From positions 32,001 to 96,000 of the forward strand of contig JAOPTT010000004.1 in assembly GCA_051531975.1 (NCBI GenBank): a stretch of DNA of 64,000 nt. The letters are read 5' to 3'. The position numbers were made by a program, and so were the translations under genes. This DNA comes from Spirochaetaceae bacterium. GTDB lineage: Bacteria > Spirochaetota > Spirochaetia > DSM-2461. The number at the start of each line of letters is the position of its first letter. Position 1 is the stretch's first letter. Of this stretch, positions 56,400 to 64,000 are shown piece after piece. A model generated the notes under the pieces. It was given only the letters and a program-made list of their open reading frames with translations, did no database searches and had not been told where the DNA came from.

Positions 56400-58142
56400 A
56401 TGAGTCTATTTATCCATATAAAAAGTTTTTTAAAGAAGAATATGTTAAAATACATAATTGGTATAATTCTTTTAGTCATTGTTGATGCACTTCAACTTTT
56501 AACACCGCTAATAACTGGAAGATTTGTTGATGTTGTTGGTTCAGGAGAGCTAACTCCAAAACTTATTATTTTTTATATGTCAGCTGTAATTCTTGTAACT
56601 TTAGGGGTAGCTTTAGGCCGATTTGGATGGCGTATGACCATTATAGGCATAGCTAAAAACCTGGAATATAAGATCCGAGATATGGTCTTTAATAAGCTAA
56701 CAACCTTGAATCAGGTCTATTTTAATAATAACAAAACTGGGGATATTATGGCTAGGTGTACCAATGATATTAGTACTGTAAGACAGGCCTTTGGACAGGG
56801 AACAATTCTTGTTATAGATTCCCTATTTATGGCAATTATGGCAATAGTTTTAATGATAACGAGGGTAAATTTAAAATTGACGTTAATAGCATTAATTCCG
56901 CTACCTATTGTTGCTATAGTTATTCTACTAATTACAAAAGCTATTGGTCATCGGTTTAAAAAAGTTCAGGAAGCATTTTCTATTATTAGCGATAGGGCAC
57001 AGGAGTCATTTTCCGGTATTAGGATTATTAAATCCTTTGTACAGGAGAAAGTTAATCTGCATTATTTTAACGAATCAAATAAAAATAATATGGATACAAC
57101 TCTAAATTTAGTAAAAATACAGGGGATTATACATCCTTTTGTTGCTACTGTTGGGTCTGTCTCCCTATTGATATCTATATCATATGGTGGAAGCCTTGTT
57201 ATTGATGGAGTAATATCTTTAGGACAATTGGTAAGTTTTATCTCTTTAATAGGTATGATGACTTGGCCTATGATGGCCATGGGGTTTGTATTTACTTTAA
57301 TGCAACGTGGGAAAGTATCTTTAACCCGAGTAAATGAGATCTTAAACGCTACTGACCAGATAGACGTGGTTCCTACTGGGGAAGTATTAAAAGATTCTTC
57401 TGTAGAAGTTAATAACCTTACATTCAGATATCCTGGATCAAATGTTAATGCCTTAGAAAATATATCTTTTTATATAGAGCCAGGGCAGTCTTTAGCTATA
57501 GTTGGGCATACTGGGGCTGGAAAATCTACACTAGTGGAACTGTTACTAAAAACATATAAAATCTCGAATGGAGAGATAAAAATTGGACAAATGGATATCA
57601 ATTCTCTCTCTTTAGAAAAACTGAGATCAAATGTTGGTTACGTGCCCCAAAATAACTTTCTGTTTTCTAAGACAATTAATCAAAATATCGCATTTCATAC
57701 AGATGACATTAACAATAACCGAGTAGAAAAAATGGCAAAAATAGCTATGGTGCATAATGAAATTGACTCTTTAGATAAAAAGTTTTTAACTGAGCTTGGA
57801 GAGAGGGGAGTCAATTTATCAGGGGGACAAAAACAGAGAATTTCTATTGCACGAGCTTTTTACAAATCCCCAGAGATAATTATCTTAGATGACTCTTTAT
57901 CAGCGGTTGATACAAAAACCGAGGACAGAATTTTACATCACATCCGTGAAGAGTTGAAAGATAAAACAGCTATTCTTATCTCTCACAGAGTCTCCACAGT
58001 TAAAGATGCAGATAAAATTATAGTACTAGAAGAGGGTAAAATTATAGAACAAGGAACCCATGAGAGTTTAATAGCATTCGATGGTTATTATAATGGACTT
58101 TATCAGAAACAGTTATTACAAGAAAAGATATTGGAAGAATAA
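56400..58142 (+). CDS. ABC exporter, fused permease/ATPase (MdlA-like)
   Basis: TMD plus GHTGAGKST, LSGGQKQR, LDDSLSAVD (degenerate catalytic Glu). Start 56373 or 56400. Confidence 0.93.
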   Translation: MSLFIHIKSFLKKNMLKYIIGIILLVIVDALQLLTPLITGRFVDVVGSGELTPKLIIFYMSAVILVTLGVALGRFGWRMTIIGIAKNLEYKIRDMVFNKLTTLNQVYFNNNKTGDIMARCTNDISTVRQAFGQGTILVIDSLFMAIMAIVLMITRVNLKLTLIALIPLPIVAIVILLITKAIGHRFKKVQEAFSIISDRAQESFSGIRIIKSFVQEKVNLHYFNESNKNNMDTTLNLVKIQGIIHPFVATVGSVSLLISISYGGSLVIDGVISLGQLVSFISLIGMMTWPMMAMGFVFTLMQRGKVSLTRVNEILNATDQIDVVPTGEVLKDSSVEVNNLTFRYPGSNVNALENISFYIEPGQSLAIVGHTGAGKSTLVELLLKTYKISNGEIKIGQMDINSLSLEKLRSNVGYVPQNNFLFSKTINQNIAFHTDDINNNRVEKMAKIAMVHNEIDSLDKKFLTELGERGVNLSGGQKQRISIARAFYKSPEIIILDDSLSAVDTKTEDRILHHIREELKDKTAILISHRVSTVKDADKIIVLEEGKIIEQGTHESLIAFDGYYNGLYQKQLLQEKILEE

Positions 58143-59911
58143 TGGGAATAAAACAAGAAAAAAAGATAGAAAAATCTGCAGATATAAATATTATGAAAAG
58201 GCTCTATCCATATATAAAAAAAAGACTATTTATTTTTATTCTATGTCTACTTTTTATTGGTATAACAACAGCAATAGACCTTATAATTCCTTACTTAACA
58301 AAGATTGCAATTGACGATGCTATTGTGGGGTCAAATAAAATTTTATTAAAGAACATTTCATTAATCATGGTTGGGCTTTTTATCGTTAACTTTGTATGTA
58401 ATTTTTTAAATATTTATCTTCTTAATTTTGCATCCCAGAAAATTGTATATGACCTAAGAAGTGACTTATATAAACATATGTTAAATCTATCTTTAAGTTT
58501 TTTTGATAAAAACCCAGTAGGCCGATTAGTTACTAGAGTCTCTAGCGACATGGATAATATCTCGAAACTATTCACAGATGTATTAATAACTGTAATTAAA
58601 GATATATCCCTAATTGCTGGGGCAGTTATAGTTATGTTATCTCTAGACTTTAAATTAGGATTAATTGCTATGGCCACTCTACCATTTGTTATAGCCCTAT
58701 CAATTGTATTTAGATCCTTTGCTAGGAAAATTCAGAGGGATGTAAAAGTTAAACTAGCAAAAATTAATGCATACTTAGCGGAAAGTATTAATGGTATGAA
58801 GATTATTCAAATTTTTAGTCGTGAGAAACTTAGCCAAAAAGAATTTGACGAACAAAATTCAGACTTCTTAAAGTCATCCTTAGATGAAACAAGAGTTTAC
58901 GCTCTGTTTAGACCGGGGATTCATCTAATGTCCGGTGTTTCTTTAGGTTTAATTCTGTTATTTGGTGGTTATTCATCCTTAGATGGAGCTTTTGAAATTG
59001 GTATATTAGTGGCATTCTTTCAATATGTAAATCATCTTTTTAGACCTATTTCTAATCTTGCAGAGAAGTTTAATATTTTTCAGTCTTCTATGGCATCTTC
59101 AGAGAGAGTCTTTATGTTATTAGACGAAGTACAAGAGATTAAAAATAGACCATCTCCTCTAAGTTTTAATGATAAAAAAGGTAGTATTGAGTTAAAAGAT
59201 GTTGTGTTCTCTTATATCCCAGGAGATCCAGTATTAAAAGGAATTAATTTAGATATAAAACCAGGAGAAACAGTAGCATTAGTTGGTGCAACAGGATCAG
59301 GTAAAACTACAATAACCTCATTAATAGGACGATTATACGATATAGATTCTGGATCAATAAAAATTGATGGTATAGATATTCGTGATTTAGAAAAACATAT
59401 ACTACGAGAGAGAATCGCTATAGTTTTACAGGATGTCTTTCTGTTTTCTGGAGACATAAAAGGGAATATAAATCTTAATAATGATAATATCGGTATAGAA
59501 CGCATTATACAGTCATCAAAATATGTTAATGCCCATAAATTTATTAGTAAATTACCCGAGACCTACAATCACCCTGTTAAAGAGAGGGGTTCTACATTTT
59601 CTGCTGGAGAAAAACAGCTAATATCATTTGCAAGAGCACTAGCATTTAATCCTGATATTTTAATATTAGATGAAGCCACTTCTAGTATCGATACAGAAAC
59701 TGAAACATTAATTCAGGATGCAATAGAGAAGCTAATAAAAGATCGTACAACTATCATTGTTGCCCATAGGCTTTCTACAATTAAACACGCTGATAAAATT
59801 GTTGTTCTTCATAAAGGTGAGATAAAAGAGGTCGGAAAACACGATGAACTTTTAAATAAAGGTGGCATGTACTACGATCTCTACAAGTTACAAGTTGAAG
59901 CCCATAATTAG
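58142..59911 (+). CDS. ABC exporter, fused permease/ATPase (MdlB-like)
   Basis: GATGSGKTT, FSAGEKQL, LDEATSSID, AHRLST. Confidence 0.93.
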   Translation: MGIKQEKKIEKSADINIMKRLYPYIKKRLFIFILCLLFIGITTAIDLIIPYLTKIAIDDAIVGSNKILLKNISLIMVGLFIVNFVCNFLNIYLLNFASQKIVYDLRSDLYKHMLNLSLSFFDKNPVGRLVTRVSSDMDNISKLFTDVLITVIKDISLIAGAVIVMLSLDFKLGLIAMATLPFVIALSIVFRSFARKIQRDVKVKLAKINAYLAESINGMKIIQIFSREKLSQKEFDEQNSDFLKSSLDETRVYALFRPGIHLMSGVSLGLILLFGGYSSLDGAFEIGILVAFFQYVNHLFRPISNLAEKFNIFQSSMASSERVFMLLDEVQEIKNRPSPLSFNDKKGSIELKDVVFSYIPGDPVLKGINLDIKPGETVALVGATGSGKTTITSLIGRLYDIDSGSIKIDGIDIRDLEKHILRERIAIVLQDVFLFSGDIKGNINLNNDNIGIERIIQSSKYVNAHKFISKLPETYNHPVKERGSTFSAGEKQLISFARALAFNPDILILDEATSSIDTETETLIQDAIEKLIKDRTTIIVAHRLSTIKHADKIVVLHKGEIKEVGKHDELLNKGGMYYDLYKLQVEAHN

Positions 59912-59959
59912 AGTATGATTTTGATTGTATTCTATAAAAAATAACGTTAGAATTAGCCT

Positions 59960-62900
59960 ATGATAAAAAACAAAATTAGAACTCAATTTTTGATACTATT
60001 TTTAGTTATAGGTATAATACCTTTAATTATAATAGGGTCACTATTCTTTTTTCAAACTTCTGAAATAATCAAAAAAAACTCTTTTGAGCACATATTATCA
60101 ATCCATAAACTGAGATCTAATAGATTAGAAGAGGATATAAATCATCATTTTTCAGAGTTTGAAACATTGCTTTCTAGTCAGGGTCTAAATAGTTTAATTT
60201 CTTCTTTAGAAGATGAAAATATTAAAACCAAAACATTTGAGCAATATGTTGCATCTTTTTTATCAACAAATCATTTTTATAATCTATATATACTTTCAAC
60301 TAATGATGAACTTATTTCATATAGTTTTAGAAATGAACAAGGTTTATATAATGATACAGGTTTGTCTAGGGTAAAGGTAAAAGCTCTTAATTCTAACGAG
60401 ATTGTCTTTGAAGATTTTTCTAAGTTCTCACCATCTATGAATAAACAATCTGCCTTTATTGCCAAAACATATAAGAAAAGGGTAATAGTATTGCAGTTTA
60501 CCGAAGATTTTATAGATAGCATTTTGAATTCTCGAGATGGCATGGGGGATACTGGTGAGTCATATATTGTTGCCCATAATCCATTAACAGAAGATTTTCA
60601 TTTAAGAAGTAATTTAAAAACCATGGGAGATGGCTTATATAGAGTTGGTTATCTGTGGCCAAATAATCCATTAAAATACTGGGAAGATGCAATAGAACTA
60701 GGATTTAAGGTTAATTCTGGAATATATATAGATAGTGCAGGAAGTAAGGTTTTAGTAGAGTTTAATAAACTAAATGTGGCTTTCCCTAATTGGTATCTTT
60801 TTTCTAAAATAGACCATAAAGAAGTAATTGAAGATCTTACAAATATACTATTTAATGTTGTAATTGTTTGTATTGGCATACTTCTACTTATTGCGGTTTT
60901 ATCCCTCTATTTTTCAAAAAAATTAACAGAACCTATAATTGCAGGTGTTGATTTTGCAAAAAATATTACAGATGGAAACTTTGATACACATTTAGATATA
61001 CATCGAAATGATGAACTAGGTTTATTAGCAAAATCTTTAAAAAATATGGGGAAGAGTTTAAGAGAGCAGGCCTGGCTTAGGCAAGGTCGAGAAGATTTAG
61101 ATAATATTGTAAGAGGGGAGCACGATGTTAAAGAGCTTGGAACTCTATTTATCTCTTTTATGGCAAAGTATCTAGACGCTCAAGTTGGAGCTCTTTATAT
61201 ATTAGAAGATGATGGTTTTTTACATTTATCATCATCCTATGCTTTTACTGATCGAGAAGGAGTATTTGATAAGTTTGCATTAGGTGAAGGAATAGTTGGC
61301 CAATGTGCATTAGAAAAACATGAGTTAGTTTTTACTGATGTCCCACAAGACTCTCCAGAATTTAACTATGCTTTAGCATCTATTATTCCTACATGTTACA
61401 TAACTACACCATTAATTTTTGAAGATGAGTTAATTGGAGTTTTTCTAATTGGTATTACTGTTCCTGTTACAACGCTTAAGAAGAAGTTTATTACTAATAT
61501 TAAAAATAATATTTCCATTTTAATTAATAGTGCCAGATCTACTACTATAATTCAGAATTTATTAGAAGATACTCAACATAAACAAGAAGAACTTAGAGCG
61601 AGTAATGAAGAATTAGAGAATCAAACCGAAGCTCTAAAAGATTCAGAAAAGGATATGCAGGCTCAACAAGAAGAACTCAGAGTTACAAACGAAGAGTTAG
61701 AAGAAAGGACAGACGCTCTTGAAAAACAACGTCTAATAATGAAAGAACAAAATAGAGCACTTGAAGAGTCCCAAGAAGACTTAGTTGAAAAAGCAACAGA
61801 TCTAGAAAAAGCTAGTCAATATAAATCAGAATTTTTAGCCAATATGTCCCATGAACTTAGGACACCGTTAAACAGTATATTAATACTGTCCCAGCTTATT
61901 AGTAATAATAAAAAAGGAAACCTAGATGAGAAGCAGATAAAATCTGCAAAGGCTATTAATTCTTCAGGTGAGGATCTATTAAAACTGATTAATGAAGTTT
62001 TGGATCTTAGTAAGGTTGAAGCAGGAAAGATAGATATCAATCCAGAAGTTATGACCATAGACTCTTTAATTGAGGATATGGAGAGGATATATAGACCATC
62101 AGCTGATCAGAAAAAAATTGATTTAAAATTTAGTAAGGATAAAAAACTTCCAGGAAGTATTGTTACAGACTCCCACAGATTACAGCAAGTTATTAAAAAC
62201 CTAATGACTAATGCACTAAAATTTACTAATAAGAAAGGAACTGTATCTTTAAATATTACTCTAGAAGGTGAAAATGTAGAATTTTCTGTGAAAGACTCTG
62301 GTATTGGAATACCCTTAGATAAGCAGGACGCTGTATTTGAAGCATTCCAGCAGGCTGATGGAAGTACTAGCCGTAAATATGGAGGTACTGGGTTAGGTTT
62401 ATCCATATCTAGAGATCTTATTAAGCTTCTTGGTGGGAGCATTAGATTAGAAAGCGAAATTGGCAAAGGTAGTACCTTTATTGTTACTTTACCTCTACAA
62501 GAAAGTGTATCCTTACTAGTAGAAGAGAGTATTACTCCACCTTTAGTTACAGCACAGATAATTGTAAAAGATGATCGTGAGAGAGTGACTAAAGAGACAA
62601 AAACTTTATTAATAATTGAAGATGATGTTACTTTTGCAGCAATTTTAAAGGAACAAGCACATGATAGAGGATTCAAAGTTCTTGTTGCAGAGGATGGAGA
62701 AACTGGTCTACATTTTGCAGATTATTATAGGCCATGTGCAATAATATTAGATATAGGGTTACCAAGTATTGATGGGTGGAATGTTATGGAAAGACTAAAA
62801 AGTGATTCAGAATTGCGTCATATTCCTGTGCATTTTATGTCTGGAGAAGACAAAGAGCTCTCTGCTATGCAGATGGGAGCTTTAGGTTATATGAAAAAAC

Positions 62901-63760
62901 CAGTTTCTAAAGAGGACATGGACCTGGCTTTTGAAAGAATAGAAAACAGTATTTCAGAAAGAATTCATAAAATTTTAATTGTAGAAGATGACCGGCTTCA
63001 ACGAGAAAGCTTAACTGAATTGATTAGTGGGCGAGATGTTAGTATTACTGATGTAGAAACAGGGCAAGAAGCATACGATTCTATGAAGAAACACTATTAT
63101 AATTGTGTGATTTTAGATCTTGGTTTAGGGGATATGTCTGGATATGATCTATTAGATAAAATTAAAAATGATGAACAGATTTCTAAAACCCCTGTTATTA
63201 TTTATACTGGTCGAGATCTTTCATCAGAGCAAGAGTTACAACTTAAGAAATATGCAGATAGTATTATAATTAAAGGAGTTAAATCTCCAGAGAGATTATT
63301 AGAAGAGATAGCTCTTTTTCTGCATAGAGTAGATTCTAATTTACCCCAGGAACAGCAAAAAGTATTTAAAAATCATCGAGAGGAAATTCTTACTGGTAAA
63401 AAGATATTAATTGTTGATGATGATATGCGTAATATTTTCGCATTATCAAACATTTTAGAAGAAAAAGATATTAATATTATTGTTGCTAGAGATGGGCTCG
63501 AAAGTATTGAAAAAGTAAAAGAGAACCCAGATATCGATTTAGTATTAATGGATATAATGATGCCTAAAATGGATGGTTATGAAGCGATGTTAGAGATAAG
63601 AAAGCTTAAAAAAAGTGAGAACCTGCCTATAATTGCATTAACAGCGAACGCCATGAAAGGTGATCGTATAAAGTGTATTGACGCTGGAGCAAATGACTAT
63701 CTTGCAAAACCAGTTGATAACGATAAACTAATTTCTATGTTACGGGTCTGGTTATATTAA
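59960..63760 (+). CDS. Hybrid histidine kinase (periplasmic sensor, HAMP, GAF, methyl-accepting coiled coil, HisKA/HATPase, 3 REC)
   Basis: RNDELGLLA HAMP; QEELRASNEELE..QQEELRVTNEELEE; FLANMSHELRTPLN; three receivers ILDIGLP, ILDLGLG, LMDIMMP. Confidence 0.95.
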   Translation: MIKNKIRTQFLILFLVIGIIPLIIIGSLFFFQTSEIIKKNSFEHILSIHKLRSNRLEEDINHHFSEFETLLSSQGLNSLISSLEDENIKTKTFEQYVASFLSTNHFYNLYILSTNDELISYSFRNEQGLYNDTGLSRVKVKALNSNEIVFEDFSKFSPSMNKQSAFIAKTYKKRVIVLQFTEDFIDSILNSRDGMGDTGESYIVAHNPLTEDFHLRSNLKTMGDGLYRVGYLWPNNPLKYWEDAIELGFKVNSGIYIDSAGSKVLVEFNKLNVAFPNWYLFSKIDHKEVIEDLTNILFNVVIVCIGILLLIAVLSLYFSKKLTEPIIAGVDFAKNITDGNFDTHLDIHRNDELGLLAKSLKNMGKSLREQAWLRQGREDLDNIVRGEHDVKELGTLFISFMAKYLDAQVGALYILEDDGFLHLSSSYAFTDREGVFDKFALGEGIVGQCALEKHELVFTDVPQDSPEFNYALASIIPTCYITTPLIFEDELIGVFLIGITVPVTTLKKKFITNIKNNISILINSARSTTIIQNLLEDTQHKQEELRASNEELENQTEALKDSEKDMQAQQEELRVTNEELEERTDALEKQRLIMKEQNRALEESQEDLVEKATDLEKASQYKSEFLANMSHELRTPLNSILILSQLISNNKKGNLDEKQIKSAKAINSSGEDLLKLINEVLDLSKVEAGKIDINPEVMTIDSLIEDMERIYRPSADQKKIDLKFSKDKKLPGSIVTDSHRLQQVIKNLMTNALKFTNKKGTVSLNITLEGENVEFSVKDSGIGIPLDKQDAVFEAFQQADGSTSRKYGGTGLGLSISRDLIKLLGGSIRLESEIGKGSTFIVTLPLQESVSLLVEESITPPLVTAQIIVKDDRERVTKETKTLLIIEDDVTFAAILKEQAHDRGFKVLVAEDGETGLHFADYYRPCAIILDIGLPSIDGWNVMERLKSDSELRHIPVHFMSGEDKELSAMQMGALGYMKKPVSKEDMDLAFERIENSISERIHKILIVEDDRLQRESLTELISGRDVSITDVETGQEAYDSMKKHYYNCVILDLGLGDMSGYDLLDKIKNDEQISKTPVIIYTGRDLSSEQELQLKKYADSIIIKGVKSPERLLEEIALFLHRVDSNLPQEQQKVFKNHREEILTGKKILIVDDDMRNIFALSNILEEKDINIIVARDGLESIEKVKENPDIDLVLMDIMMPKMDGYEAMLEIRKLKKSENLPIIALTANAMKGDRIKCIDAGANDYLAKPVDNDKLISMLRVWLY

Positions 63761-64000
63761 ATGCATGGACCTGAACAAATTAAAAACGAAGAAATTGAGA
63801 TTGATTTAGTATTAGAAGCTATATTAAAAATGAGTGATTTTGACTATAGGAATTATTCTAGATCCCACATTAAACGTAGGTTAAATCATAGATTAGCTAT
63901 AAGTGGATTTAGTAGGTATTCTGATCTAATTCCTGAAATTATATATAATCACGATCTTTTAAGAAAACTACTTTCTGACCTCTCAATCAATGTTACTGAA
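63761..64000 (+). CDS. cheR: CheR-family protein-glutamate methyltransferase (partial, runs off the right edge)
   Basis: Not in the ORF track. Hand translation MHGPEQIKNEEIEIDLVLEAILKMSDFDYRNYSRSHIKRRL...LLSDLSINVTE is a CheR N-terminus. Confidence 0.85.
   Translation, partial: MHGPEQIKNEEIEIDLVLEAILKMSDFDYRNYSRSHIKRRLNHRLAISGFSRYSDLIPEIIYNHDLLRKLLSDLSINVTE

Noticed and set aside
646..62676. Short antisense or alternative-frame ORFs in the track (e.g. 3558-3806, 9167-9577, 26816-27208, 40550-41254, 62107-62676)
   Set aside because: They overlap well-supported genes, show no recognisable motifs, and have the composition of shadow ORFs.
1..64000. CRISPR arrays, rRNA/tRNA, IS elements, integrases, prophage genes
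   Set aside because: No regularly spaced repeats, cloverleaf or rRNA-like GC-rich tracts, or mobile-element motifs were seen by eye. A short ncRNA could still be missed.

Overview
AT-rich, densely coding bacterial chromosomal window of about 55 genes. I found no rRNA, tRNA, CRISPR array, transposase, integrase or phage genes. Gene content (many lipoproteins, a PlzA-like PilZ protein, CheX, a His6-type HisA) suggests a free-living low-GC spirochaete; this is inference only. Recognisable genes: nadABC with a NadQ-type regulator and its palindromic box, hisA, metA, radA, ogt, polB, an RND pump, a heterodimeric ABC exporter, a TetR-GH13 unit, and several signalling proteins (two hybrid kinases, an MCP-CZB-hemerythrin, a degenerate GGDEF, an HD-GYP, and CheR at the right edge). 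Best leads: (1) polB has no canonical start for its conserved N-terminal 108 codons and appears to start at ATT; (2) three paralogous, very acidic Tyr-rich lipoproteins arose partly by tandem duplication, leaving a decayed Hsp20 copy; (3) a 499-aa protein with a split HPr domain lies head-to-head with an HPt-less hybrid kinase; (4) a DUF3524/QTMAN-like glycosyltransferase is in an operon with a nucleoside-symporter-like MFS; (5) a GC-rich structured leader of about 95 nt precedes ychJ. All family calls come from motif recognition by eye; no database search was run.
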